Positions 39,236 to 51,134 are shown, counted from the first letter of the stretch. The stretch: 64,000 nt of DNA from Deinococcus sp. (GCA_965261005.1 OZ253375.1:1152001-1216000), one strand, 5' to 3'. The notes: generated by a model from the letters alone, not told the origin. Made by a program: numbers and translations.

Positions 39236-39864
39236 ATGGCTCCGTTGGACTTTTTGCGGACATAGTGATACACGATGCCCAAATAAGGCACGAAGTCTGT
39301 TCCCGGTCTATGCCACGCCGCAAATCTTGCCTGCCATTGTGCAGACGTCAAGGCTCCCAGTTTTGGCAGGGCGGCGCGGAAACCATCCAGCGTCGCCCTG
39401 CGATTTCGCTTTAGCTCGTCAAGATTTAAGTTCAACACATCGTCCAACTGAGTGTCTAACTCAGCATCAGTAGACCGAATGGTGCCATCGGGCAAGTAAA
39501 AAATTGCGTGTCCAATGTCATGCCGGGTATCCGAGGGTGTGCGGCACAAATTTCGACTGGCTTTTTTGGTATCGCAATGTTGTAAACGCGGCGACTTGCC
39601 CTGCCCACCCCGGCAAGCTCCCAGTAAGTTTTTGTACTCCAACTCTTTGGCCGGAAATCTAGACTGGGATTGCCAATGCTCAATCTTCATGCCCGTTTCC
39701 GTCGCTTGAATCCGGCCCATGCAGTAACAGCAGATATTCCCTTGCTCTTTCGTGAGCGCGTCGCGCAAATCCTGCTTATTTGAGTAGGCATCGTAACAAG
39801 CGCCTCTCACCGACTTGTAAGCCGTCAACGAGGCGGGCGCACGGCTCTTTCTAATCCGAATCAT
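39232..39864 (-). CDS. HNH endonuclease, PtuB / TIGR02646-like
   Basis: LTKEQGNICCYCM...IEHWQSQ...YKNLLGAC...HCDTKK...LNLN pattern; coupled to the ATPase and to hsdR. Confidence 0.85.
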   Translation of the reverse strand: MIRIRKSRAPASLTAYKSVRGACYDAYSNKQDLRDALTKEQGNICCYCMGRIQATETGMKIEHWQSQSRFPAKELEYKNLLGACRGGQGKSPRLQHCDTKKASRNLCRTPSDTRHDIGHAIFYLPDGTIRSTDAELDTQLDDVLNLNLDELKRNRRATLDGFRAALPKLGALTSAQWQARFAAWHRPGTDFVPYLGIVYHYVRKKSNGAI

Positions 39865-41326
39865 GCGGCGTCCCCAACGGCGTCTCTAAAAATCGCATGG
39901 TGGCTTCCAGACTTACCATATCCGGGTTGGTGCCGTTGATCTGCGCCTTGATCTGGTTCAGCTTGGCCCTGGCCGCCGCGAAGTCCTCCGCTTCAACCAG
40001 TTCGCCCGCTGCCTGAATCTCAGCCCGTATCTCCTCGTTGATGCTGTCCGCGCCCATCAAATCCAGAATCATATTGGCGTCTAACCCGATGGTCCGATCT
40101 GGAGTCCAACACATCACACTGCCCGCCCCGTCTTTTTCCAGAAATCGTACCGAGTCGTTCGCCACTTCCCCAATCACCTGCGGCGAATGGCTGGTCACGA
40201 TGAACTGACAGGCCGGGAAAGTTGCTGTCAGCCGCTCCAGCACGCGGCGCTGCCAGCTTGGATGCAGGTGCAGCTCTACCTCGTCAATCAGGACAATGCC
40301 TTCGCCCTGGCCCAGCGGGTCACGCCGCTCAGGATTGGCAAGCACCAGGCGGCGGGTCAGATCAAAGACCAGGCCCAGCAGACCGCGTTCGCCGTCCGAA
40401 AGCTGCCCCAGGCTGAGCCACTGTCCGGCCTTGTTGACCATAAAGCGCAAGCGCGGCTTTTCTTCCAGCTTCAGCGCTGTAAATTCGGGAATCAGTTCGT
40501 TCACCGCTTTTTTCAAGGACCGCAGCAGGGCGTTTCGCTGGCGCTTTGTCGCCGCGTCGTCGTCCTGTTCCAGCCACCTGTACCAGTGCATGAAGTCACG
40601 GAAACTGACATCGCGTTCTTCTAGTGCGTCGTCAAAGGCCCTGGCAACGCCCAGCGGGTTGCCGGCGGGCAACTGACGAAGGTACTTGTCATCACCGCTG
40701 AAGCGGAGCGGCGCGTAATACAACATCAGCGGCTGATTGGCCTGCGCCTGAAAACTTCTGAGCAGGGCCTGAGTTTCGCGCTGGACATCATCCAGGCCAC
40801 CCGTGCGCTGCAACCTCTTCTCGCTTTCAATTTCTTGACGTTGAATATCAGTCTGCAAGTTCTGCAAGACGAGTTGATAGATGTCCCGGTCATCGCCAAG
40901 AGCAAATTCGATGTCCTTTTTTTCTACGTTCAAACGTCTGACCACTGGCCTCAGTTTTGCCTGCCGGGCCTCTTCCATCTCTATTTCGATCTGAGCCAGC
41001 CGCGCCGCCCATTCGGCCCGCCGCGTCTCGTTGGGCCGTACACGTTGCAGCGTGATTCTGGCCGGTTCGCCATGAACCCTCAAGGCCGCGCCAACTTCCA
41101 AGCTGGGTTGCCCTTCTGTGATGTCGTCGTCGCTGAGCGGAACAGCCGAACCCTTGCCCGGCGTCATTTCGGGCAAGGCACGCGAGAACATGACCCGCAA
41201 CGCCTGCAACACGCTGGATTTGCCCACCCCGTTGATCCCGGCGATCACGTTCACCCGCTCATGAAAGTCCATGTCCAGCCGCTCAAAACCCCGAAAGTGG
41301 GTCAGGCTCAGCGATTCAAGTTTCAC
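39851..41326 (-). CDS. ABC-type ATPase, PtuA-like
   Basis: HFRGF, GINGVGKS Walker A, LSDGE signature, VLIDEVELHLHPSWQ Walker B/D-loop, TSHSP H-loop. Confidence 0.9.
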   Translation of the reverse strand: MKLESLSLTHFRGFERLDMDFHERVNVIAGINGVGKSSVLQALRVMFSRALPEMTPGKGSAVPLSDDDITEGQPSLEVGAALRVHGEPARITLQRVRPNETRRAEWAARLAQIEIEMEEARQAKLRPVVRRLNVEKKDIEFALGDDRDIYQLVLQNLQTDIQRQEIESEKRLQRTGGLDDVQRETQALLRSFQAQANQPLMLYYAPLRFSGDDKYLRQLPAGNPLGVARAFDDALEERDVSFRDFMHWYRWLEQDDDAATKRQRNALLRSLKKAVNELIPEFTALKLEEKPRLRFMVNKAGQWLSLGQLSDGERGLLGLVFDLTRRLVLANPERRDPLGQGEGIVLIDEVELHLHPSWQRRVLERLTATFPACQFIVTSHSPQVIGEVANDSVRFLEKDGAGSVMCWTPDRTIGLDANMILDLMGADSINEEIRAEIQAAGELVEAEDFAAARAKLNQIKAQINGTNPDMVSLEATMRFLETPLGTPHDSD

Positions 41327-42392
41327 GCCAGCACCTCTGGAAGCTGCCCCGTGACCGCCGCCGTAATCAACGCGCCCCGGCGCTCGCGGAGGAGGGAAAT
41401 AGAAGAATTGAGATCGGATTCTACGCCTGCGTATCGCTGGTCATATAGCTTGATTGATTGTTTGATCGCATCTTGCTCTGTGATTGGTGGAATCAGAATA
41501 ATAAAATTGGCAAGCTGTTCACAAGTAATAGCACCTTTCGTGCCTCCATTGCCCTCACTCTCGTTTCTCAAATACTTGTAAGCAACATCCATCAGTTGGC
41601 TAAGGTAAAAAACGTCCATGCTCTTTATGGGTTTGATATAGGCTAGGTGCTGATTTATCGTTGCTTCAAAGGTTAAAATCGCAGAGCTGCCGCGCGTTTT
41701 CCCCTGACCCGTGATGCCTACCAATACAGCTGGCGGAACGATTCTCGGCAGATGGCATTCAATGAGCGCCAGCTCAGTAACGTACCTAGACGCTTCCTCA
41801 ACGACTTCCTGATTGACCACTGAACTGTTCAGCCAGGGGTAAGTTCCATCTTCCCAGTAAGCAAGGTTCTCCCGGCTTGGCGTGGAGCCATTGCCCACCT
41901 CAGCCACATGCTTGATTCGCCGAACTTCCCAGTGCGCCGGAATCTCCCCCAGCCACGCCAGCCCCGAATCCTTCATCTCTACATCCGGGTTCAGGCCCTT
42001 CGTGACCATCTGGCTGATCTGCGCGGCGCGTTTTTCTTGCAGCAGCGCCAGCATGTGCTCTTTGGCAGCGATCAGGGCGTCAATCTGCGCCGTCTCCCGG
42101 TCAAGGAAATCGGCAATGCGGCGCTGGGTGGGGAGTGGGGGAAGGGGAAGTTCTATAGAACGCAGGTCATCCGCCGACAATTCCATGAATGTGGAACCAC
42201 GCCCCAACACCTGAAGATGCTCTTTGATGCTCAACAAGGTGTAGTAATAAAATCGCTCGTTGACGCCAGGCTTAGGCGTGAGCAAAAAGCAGCCCTGATT
42301 ACAGGCGGCATGAACGCCAAGGATGGCTGTTTGTCCAATGGGCGCTCGTTTGGATAGCACCAAAGAGCCAGGATCAGCGAGACTAGTGCCGC

Positions 42393-43664
42393 CTGAGGGC
42401 CTGACAGAAAGTATGAGAAAGCGTCCCCGCTGTGGGACACTTTCTGTTTGTGAAGACCGAAAATGCCAGCGGGGACGCTGCCCGACTCTATCAAGCTGTT
42501 CTCGCTCAGCTCCAGACTGCTCTCTGGAACGACATCCGCAATGCGCGTACCCTCGCTTGGATGGTCAGCGGCCTGCTGCTCTCCCAGCGCAGCTCTATCC
42601 CCGCTTGGCTCCCTCACATCCACTCTCGTGCCACCTTCGCGCAAAGCAGCGAACGCCGAGTTCGTCGGTGGCTGGAGAATCCAGCCGTTGATCCCACCAG
42701 TGTTTACGGTCCGCTGATCACCCGTGCCCTCCGCGACTGGGGCAGACATCCCCTGATCCTGGCCCTGGATACCAGCGTCCTGTTCGAGAAGTTTTGCCTG
42801 ATCCGCGTCTCGGTGCTCTTTCGGGGACGAGCAGTTCCGCTGGTCTCGCGTGTCCTTGAACATTCCAGCGCCCAGGTCAGCACCGCCCACCTGCTCCCCG
42901 TGCTGGCCGAAGTCAAGGGGATGCTCGACTTCCTTGGCCTACATCAAGTTCGCCTGCTGGCCGATCGAGGGTTCTGCGATACGGAACTGATGGCGTGGCT
43001 CCGAGTCTGCGGCTGGCATTACCGCATCCGCATCAAATCGAGCTTGATTCTGGCTGCTCCAGATGGACAGCGGTTGTGCAAGGTGGGTGAGGTGCGACTT
43101 TCGCCCAGAGAGACCCGTTGCTTTCACAACATCACCTTGACTGGACAGCACTTCGGTTCCGTTCACGTCGCTCTGGGCCGTCCGACAGACGGCCTAGAGC
43201 AGTGGCAGGTGGTGAGTGACGAACCGACGAGCGTGAAGACGTTTACCGAGTACGGCGCACGCTTCCAGATCGAAGAGGGGTTTCTGGACGAGAAAAGCGG
43301 CCTCTTCGATCTGGAAGATGCCAAACTTCGCGATGTGGCCAGCCTGGAGCGGCTGGTCTTGGTCATCTCGGTCGCTACGCTTCTGCTCGTCTCGGAGGGA
43401 CTTCAGACCGTACACAGCGGCGCTCGCCGAGTGGTTGATCCCCACTGGCAGCGGGGATTGAGCTATCTCAAAATCGGTCTACGGGCCGTTCAGTACGCCC
43501 TCAGCCGGGGTCAGGCGGTGTTCACCCGCCTGATCCTCCAGGGTGGCCCTGACCCTGAACCGCTGGGGACTCGAAAGCGCCCTCGTCCTACCCCACTGAC
43601 CACGCTCGAAGTCGGCTGGAAGCTCGTTTTTCGCTCACCCTCATAAAATCTGTCAGGCCGTCAG
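42393..43664 (+). mobile_element. IS4-family insertion sequence, 1272 bp
   Basis: 24-bp TIRs beginning CTGA (20/24 match); 10-bp TSD CTAGTGCCGC at 42383-42392 and 43665-43674. Confidence 0.93.
42432..43646 (+). CDS. IS4-family DDE transposase
   Basis: [27 protein letters not shown] (YREK motif). Confidence 0.92.
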   Translation: MGHFLFVKTENASGDAARLYQAVLAQLQTALWNDIRNARTLAWMVSGLLLSQRSSIPAWLPHIHSRATFAQSSERRVRRWLENPAVDPTSVYGPLITRALRDWGRHPLILALDTSVLFEKFCLIRVSVLFRGRAVPLVSRVLEHSSAQVSTAHLLPVLAEVKGMLDFLGLHQVRLLADRGFCDTELMAWLRVCGWHYRIRIKSSLILAAPDGQRLCKVGEVRLSPRETRCFHNITLTGQHFGSVHVALGRPTDGLEQWQVVSDEPTSVKTFTEYGARFQIEEGFLDEKSGLFDLEDAKLRDVASLERLVLVISVATLLLVSEGLQTVHSGARRVVDPHWQRGLSYLKIGLRAVQYALSRGQAVFTRLILQGGPDPEPLGTRKRPRPTPLTTLEVGWKLVFRSPS

Positions 43665-43869
43665 CTAGTGCCGCAACTTAAATAGCCTTCTTCAGTCAGG
43701 GTTCGCTTTGTTGACGTGACCAGTGAACCTTCCAGCTTTCCCAAATCTTCTGGAGTTACCCACCAAATATCTCCGCCCCAGAAGGCAGACTCACTGCTAA
43801 ACGGCGTTGCACCGGATTTGGTGTCAAACATGAAACGCAGTCGGCGCGATTGCCAAGCCTTCTGCACCA

Positions 43870-46005
43870 TTACGCCGTGACCTCTTGCAGCAATCTCAAA
43901 ATCCGCTGTTCCACTTCGCTCAACTCTCTGTCTATTTCGGCCAGCGGGCGCGGAGGCTCATAAGTAAAGAACTCGCGGTTGAAGTTGATCTCGTAGCCCA
44001 CCTTGCCCACGCCGCCATCTTTCTCGTCGGCGGCCTCCGGGTCTATCCAGGCGTCCGGTACGTAGGGACGCACCTCACGCTCGAAAAAGGCCACGGGATG
44101 CTCGTCCAGCGGCACGTTTTCAAAGTCGCGCAGGCTGCTGTCTGGTTCATACGTCACCTGGCGCTTGCCCTTGCTGGCGGGGTCCGGGTAGATACCGAAC
44201 AGGGCGTCCAGCTCGGCTTGGGGCAGGTTGGGCACGTCGTGGGCGGGGAAATGCTGTGCGCCGATGGTTCCGGCGAAGGAGCCGCGCCCGGCAATCACGG
44301 GCTGGGCGTCCGGGTGCGGGGTGGTAAAGGCGTCGCGGAACAGCTTGCGGCTGCGGGCCGTCCACTTGATGTCGTTTTGCTTGCCCGCCAGTTCGGCCCG
44401 CTCCCGAATGGGGTTCCAGTCATCGTGGGCTTCGCCGCCCAGTTGCCGTTCCAGGTCGCGCACCACGTCCAGGTAATCGGGCAGCGTGTCCAGAAAGCGG
44501 GCCTTGGCCTCGCGGGTCATCTGAAAGCGCAGGCGCAGGGGCCGCTCGACGGTGACGCGGCGGTAGCCAAAATAGGTGTTGCGGTAGGTCTTGCTGTGTG
44601 GGCTGGGGTTGTTTTCAAAGTCGCCGTGTTCATTGGTGATGGTGTCTATCGTCTCTTCGGACAGGTAGCGGCGCTTGTCGCCCAGGCTGCGGCGCATGGG
44701 CGTCCAGCGCTCACGGGCGTCAATCAGTTGTAACTTGCCCCGGCGCTCTGAGGCCTTGCGGTTGGTCACGATCCAGACAAAGGTTCCAATGCCCGTGTTG
44801 TAAAACATCTGCTCTGGCAGCGCCACAATGGCTTCCAGCCAGTCGTTTTCCAGAATCCAGCGCCGAATTTCGCTCTCGCCGCTGCCCGCGCCGCCGGTGA
44901 ACAGGGGCGAGCCGTTGAAGACTACGGCGGCGCGGCTGCCCCGTTCCAGCGGGTCTGTTTCGGTGGGCTTGTTCTGGAACTTGGCAATCATGTGGAGCAA
45001 GAACAGCAAGGCTCCGTCGTTGACGCGGGGGAGCTTGGGGCCGAAACGCCCAGCATAGCCCGCCTGCTTGTGTTCATACTCAATCACGCTCTGCTGACCT
45101 TTCCAATCCACGCCGAACGGAGGATTGGCGAGCAAATAATTGAATTTCTCGTCTGGAAACTGGTCTTTGGTCAGCGTGTTGCCAGGACGAATATTCTCGG
45201 CGTCTTGGCCCTTGATGAGCAGGTCAGAGGCAGCGACGGCGTAAGAGCGCGGGTTGTAGTCCTGGCCGAACGTTTTGACGATCAGCTTTTTATTGTGGTC
45301 ACGCAGCCAGCTTTCACCCTCGGAAAGCATGCCGCCCGTTCCGCACGTTGGGTCGTAAATGGTGACGACTTTGGCATCTTTCTTCAAATATTCAATGTCA
45401 GGCGCCAGCAACAAATTGACCATCAGGTGAATCACTTCGCGCGGGGTAAAGTGATCGCCGGCGGTCTCGTTGGCCGCTTCGTTAAAGCGGCGGATCAGGT
45501 CTTCAAAGAGCAGGCCCATTTGAATGTTGTCCACTGCGCCCGGCCCCAAATCTATGCTGGCAAACTGCTGGGCGATCAGAAACAGGCGGTCACTCTCCAC
45601 CAATTTCTCAACTTCCTTTTCAAAATCAAAGGCCCGGAAAATGGTGCGGACGTTGGCCGAGAAGCCCTCCACATAGCTCATGATGTGCTGCCCGATGTTT
45701 TCCGGGTCGCCCTTCAGAATTTCAAAATCGAACCGGCTGTGATTGTGGAAGTTCTGGCCCGCCACTTTGTTCAAGGTCAGGTCAATCTTGTCGCCCAGTT
45801 GCTCCACCTGGCCTTTACGCTTCAGCTCCGCGTATTTCGCCAGCACCTGCGGCTTGGTCTCGGCCAGCACGCAATCAAAGCGGCGCAGGACCACCATGGG
45901 CAGCATGACCCGCTCGTACTGCGGGGGGCGGTAGGGGCCGCGCAGCAGGTCGGCCACCGACCAAATAAAATTGGAGAGGCTTTGGACTTTTGGGGTGGCT
46001 GTCAT
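43870..46005 (-). CDS. hsdM: Type I R-M methyltransferase subunit M
   Basis: IWSVADLLRG, GDHFTPREV, DPTCGTGG (motif I), NPPF (motif IV), KVGYEINF. Confidence 0.96.
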   Translation of the reverse strand: MTATPKVQSLSNFIWSVADLLRGPYRPPQYERVMLPMVVLRRFDCVLAETKPQVLAKYAELKRKGQVEQLGDKIDLTLNKVAGQNFHNHSRFDFEILKGDPENIGQHIMSYVEGFSANVRTIFRAFDFEKEVEKLVESDRLFLIAQQFASIDLGPGAVDNIQMGLLFEDLIRRFNEAANETAGDHFTPREVIHLMVNLLLAPDIEYLKKDAKVVTIYDPTCGTGGMLSEGESWLRDHNKKLIVKTFGQDYNPRSYAVAASDLLIKGQDAENIRPGNTLTKDQFPDEKFNYLLANPPFGVDWKGQQSVIEYEHKQAGYAGRFGPKLPRVNDGALLFLLHMIAKFQNKPTETDPLERGSRAAVVFNGSPLFTGGAGSGESEIRRWILENDWLEAIVALPEQMFYNTGIGTFVWIVTNRKASERRGKLQLIDARERWTPMRRSLGDKRRYLSEETIDTITNEHGDFENNPSPHSKTYRNTYFGYRRVTVERPLRLRFQMTREAKARFLDTLPDYLDVVRDLERQLGGEAHDDWNPIRERAELAGKQNDIKWTARSRKLFRDAFTTPHPDAQPVIAGRGSFAGTIGAQHFPAHDVPNLPQAELDALFGIYPDPASKGKRQVTYEPDSSLRDFENVPLDEHPVAFFEREVRPYVPDAWIDPEAADEKDGGVGKVGYEINFNREFFTYEPPRPLAEIDRELSEVEQRILRLLQEVTA

Positions 46006-46036
46006 GGTCCTACCACTTTACGAACTTGTTCCCGTA

Positions 46037-47857
<1,821 letters not shown>

Positions 47858-47925
47858 AGAATCTCCTGCCCGTTCCGGGCATGCTTATAGCAAACTTCGT
47901 GTTTTTAAGCTGGCCGTCCTACGTT

Positions 47926-48100
47926 CAGCGTGCCGGGCCTTGTCGGGGCGTTGCCGCCGCGCGTTTATGACCGGGCTTCCACCGCATGTCCTGACATACG
48001 TGTGGGGGGAGGGTCCGCCGTGACCCTGGAAGCATCCGCAGATCGTTCGATGACTTCCACCTCGTATCCCGGCCACCGTAGGGCCGGGCCTTGCGCTTCC
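47926..48100 (-). ncRNA. glmS ribozyme (GlcN6P-activated self-cleaving riboswitch)
   Basis: Minus strand reads AAGCGCAAGG-P1-ACGAGGUGG..AUCGA..UGCGGAUG, then P3 GGGUC/GACCC, then P4 with AAA..GGCAAC..GACAA; located in the glmS leader. Confidence 0.88.
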
Positions 48101-48175
48101 CCAAGTTTAGTTTTGCTTGCCGCCTCCCTTCGGGGGAAGTGTAACACGGTCCAAAGTGTGAGTAAGGTGTGTACG

Positions 48176-48916
48176 TCACTCAAGGGTGGGCGAGATTAGG
48201 GCCACCTCTTCGCGCCCGTCCGCCCGCGCGGCCAGCTCGGCGGCGTATTTGGCGGCGCGCTGAGGTCCCATCCAGGACGTCCAGTAGGCGCGCATGGTGT
48301 CCGCGACCAGCTGGACCGGCAGGCGGTCAAGACCCGGCTCGTGTGGGCAGAACAGCAGGTCCATGTTGGTCACGGGGCCGCCGCCCCGGCCGCCCACCGG
48401 CTGCTCGTAGCGCAGATCCACCTGCAAAAAGCCCAGCTTGGCAAAGGCGCGCCGCCGCGCGGTGGGGTCCGAGCCGACGGCTTTTTCCCGCACCAACTCC
48501 TCCGCGCTCAGCCGCGCGGGGTTCACCACGTCGATGAAGACGCCCGGCACCGTCCTCCCTGGCACCGTCCCCCCTGGCACCGCGCCCCCGGCCGCCGCGT
48601 CCAGCAGCCGGAAGCGCTCCTCGTGCAATTGGCGCGCGATGCCCCGCCCGCGCGCCTCCCGGTCCACCGCCATAAAGCTCGAAAAGCCTGTTCCTGGCGG
48701 CGCCAAGTAGTGAAACAGCGTGCCGCCCAGCAAGGTCCCGTCCTCCTCGGCCACCAGCAGGAAGTTGTGCCGCCCGCCCACCTCGCCCAACATCTGCCCG
48801 ATGTATTGGGCGGGAATCAGCATGTCCGGCTCGAAGTAGGCGTTCTCTTGAAGCCTCCCGAAGGCGGCGATGGCGGGGTCGGCGGGATCGGTGACGGGGC
48901 GCAGGGTGACGGTCAC
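48176..48916 (-). CDS. GNAT family N-acetyltransferase
   Basis: [12 protein letters not shown] acetyl-CoA motif; GTGA overlap with the esterase stop. Confidence 0.82.
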   Translation of the reverse strand: MTVTLRPVTDPADPAIAAFGRLQENAYFEPDMLIPAQYIGQMLGEVGGRHNFLLVAEEDGTLLGGTLFHYLAPPGTGFSSFMAVDREARGRGIARQLHEERFRLLDAAAGGAVPGGTVPGRTVPGVFIDVVNPARLSAEELVREKAVGSDPTARRRAFAKLGFLQVDLRYEQPVGGRGGGPVTNMDLLFCPHEPGLDRLPVQLVADTMRAYWTSWMGPQRAAKYAAELAARADGREEVALISPTLE

Positions 48917-49884
48917 GGGCGCTCCCAGCGCGCGCGCAAAAATTCCAGCTTTTCGAGCGTCTGCGCGCCCGCGCCGCCCTCGTGGCGGTTGAAGGGGTAG
49001 ATTCGCACTTCCTTGGGGCCGGCGTAGTGGTTGTAGGCGGCGAAGACCGTGCTGGGCGGGCACACGTCGTCCATCAGGCCAACCGAGAAGAGCGTCTCCG
49101 CCCCGGCGCGCGCCGCGAAGTGCATCCCGTCGAAGTAGGCCAGCGTGGCGAAGACCCGCTCGACCTCACCCCGGTGAATCCGCAGGTAGTTGGCGATCTC
49201 GGCGTAGGGCAAGCTATCCACCAAGGTCACGGCGCGCGTGAAGTGGCACAAAAAGGGCACGTCCGGCAGCGCCAGCCCCACGTCCGGCAGCAGGCCCGCC
49301 ACCGCGAGGGTGATCCCGCCCCCCTGACTGCCGCCGGACACGGCGATTCGGGCGGCGTCTATTCCCTCGAACGAGCGGGCCGTCTCCACCGCCCGCACGG
49401 CGTCGGCGAAGACGCGGCGGTAGTAGTAGGTTGTCGGGTCCAGAATGCCGCGCGTCATGAAGCCGGGATACTGTGGCCCGGCGCCCTCTGGATCGGGCGT
49501 GTCGCCCCTCGACCAGGCGCTGCCCTGCCCGCGCGTGTCCATCACGAAGTGGGCGTGTCCGGCGCTGGCGTAGGTCAGCCAGTCGGTGACGTGGCCCCGC
49601 CCACCGCCGTAGCCGATGAATTCCACCACGCAGGGTAAGGAACCGTCCGCGTTCCTCGGCAAGATCAGCCAGCCCTTCACATCCTGGCCGGCGAAGCCGC
49701 GAAAGGTCACGTCATAGGCGGATAAAGTTCGTAATGGCGTGTCGAGGGGCACGAAGCGGGCGTTCAACTCATGGGCGCGCGTCCCCCGTAAGGTCTCTTC
49801 CCAAAAGGCGTCGAAGTCGCCCGGCTCGGCGCGCTCGGGCTTGTACGTTTGCAGCTGGTCGAGCGGCATGTCATAGAGGGGCAT
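48913..49884 (-). CDS. Acetylxylan esterase / cephalosporin-C deacetylase (CE7)
   Basis: [24 protein letters not shown]. Confidence 0.93.
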   Translation of the reverse strand: MPLYDMPLDQLQTYKPERAEPGDFDAFWEETLRGTRAHELNARFVPLDTPLRTLSAYDVTFRGFAGQDVKGWLILPRNADGSLPCVVEFIGYGGGRGHVTDWLTYASAGHAHFVMDTRGQGSAWSRGDTPDPEGAGPQYPGFMTRGILDPTTYYYRRVFADAVRAVETARSFEGIDAARIAVSGGSQGGGITLAVAGLLPDVGLALPDVPFLCHFTRAVTLVDSLPYAEIANYLRIHRGEVERVFATLAYFDGMHFAARAGAETLFSVGLMDDVCPPSTVFAAYNHYAGPKEVRIYPFNRHEGGAGAQTLEKLEFLRARWERP

Positions 49885-49976
49885 CCCCGCGAGCTTACCT
49901 GAACTGGGCTTCATCAAACGCTGCGCCGCTCATGAAAGGCGCGCACGAAAATACCCCTCGTTCCAAGGAGGTTTTC

Positions 49977-51134
49977 ATGATTACCGAAAACGACATCGCG
50001 CGCATCGAAGGGTTGCCCGAGGACAGCATGGTCCTGACGGCCGTCGTGAACGTCAACCCCGCCATTGTGGACAACCAGGCCGGCGCGCTGCACACCCGCG
50101 CCAAGAGCATGATGAGTGACGCCGGCGTGCCCGCCACCCTGATGAACCGGGTGCTCGACGACATCGTGGAGGCGCGAACCGAGTACGGCAAAAGTTCGGT
50201 CTTCGTGGTGGGCGAGGACGTCTACGAGCGCTTCGACGTGCAGGTGGACTTGCCCGAGCGCTACCACTACGGCCGCCCCATGCCGGCCATTCTGAACGCC
50301 GCCGTGGCCTCGATGCCGACCCTGGCCGTGCTGGCGGTGGACCGCGAGTGGGCGCGCTTTTTCGAGTTGAAGCAGGGCGAGCTGAGCGAATTGCGCCGCA
50401 ACGAGAACGCCGACATCAATGACAACGACAACAGGGACGACTTCACCTCCGCGACCCAGCACGTGCCCGGCGTGGGCGGCAGCGATCAAGGCAGCGGCCC
50501 CAGGAGCAACAGCGGCAATGACCTGTTCCAGGCCCACGAGGACGCCCTGCAACAGCGCTTCTACAATGATGTGGCCCCACAGCTGGTCAATTTGATGAAG
50601 GCGCGCGACCTCAGGCAGTTGGTGCTGGTCGGCCCCGAGGAGAGGGTGGCCGAGTTCAAGGTCGAGCTGCCCGACAAGGCCCCCTTCGAGGTGATCGGCG
50701 AGACCAACGTGGCCCTCGGCACCGGCGAGGTCAACCCCCAGCAAGTGCTCGACAAGATCATGCCTATCGTGGAGCAGTTCCAGGGCGAGGAGGAGACCCG
50801 CCTGATGGAGCAAATTCAGGAGCAGGGCGTGATGGAGATGGAGAACGTCTTGCAAATGGTGCAACAGGGCCAGATTTACCAGCTGCTGATTCCGGGGGAC
50901 GGCTCGCAAGTCCACCTGATGCGCAGTCACAACCCCGAGGTGCCCTACTTCACCTCCAAAAAGGACGTCGAGGAAAGCCCCCTGGACGGCAGCTTGATGG
51001 AGCGCGTGACGCTGGAGGAGGTCTTGCCGCAGCTGAGGGAGCTATATGGCATGGACATCAAGCGCATGCACGGCGACCACGCCGAAAAGCTGGTGCGCGA
51101 GTACGGCGGCCTGGCGGGCTTGCCGAGGTACTGA
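49977..51134 (+). CDS. Bacterial aeRF1-like (baeRF) protein
   Basis: LAVDREWARFF, QLVLVGPEE, C-terminal GGLAGLPRY; AAGGAGG RBS. Confidence 0.75.
   Translation: MITENDIARIEGLPEDSMVLTAVVNVNPAIVDNQAGALHTRAKSMMSDAGVPATLMNRVLDDIVEARTEYGKSSVFVVGEDVYERFDVQVDLPERYHYGRPMPAILNAAVASMPTLAVLAVDREWARFFELKQGELSELRRNENADINDNDNRDDFTSATQHVPGVGGSDQGSGPRSNSGNDLFQAHEDALQQRFYNDVAPQLVNLMKARDLRQLVLVGPEERVAEFKVELPDKAPFEVIGETNVALGTGEVNPQQVLDKIMPIVEQFQGEEETRLMEQIQEQGVMEMENVLQMVQQGQIYQLLIPGDGSQVHLMRSHNPEVPYFTSKKDVEESPLDGSLMERVTLEEVLPQLRELYGMDIKRMHGDHAEKLVREYGGLAGLPRY

Larger units (their letters stand above)
41323..43870 (-). pseudogene. hsdS: Type I R-M specificity subunit interrupted by an IS (421 aa when reconstructed)
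   Basis: Removing the IS and one TSD copy joins ...EEGYLSCGTS to [16 protein letters not shown] in frame. Two TRDs; PLPPLPTQRRIA, MKDSGLAWLGEIP, ALITAAVTGQL. Confidence 0.95.

Noticed and set aside
36218..46005. Retron (PtuAB as retron effector)
   Set aside because: No reverse transcriptase ORF and no intergenic space for msr-msd in the operon; one elsewhere in the genome cannot be excluded.
36144..46036. Tn7/CAST element at attTn7 downstream of glmS
   Set aside because: No tnsABCD/tniQ, no TGT...ACA ends with TnsB repeats, no 5-bp TSD. Only an 8-bp CGGGAACA inverted match, compatible with chance.
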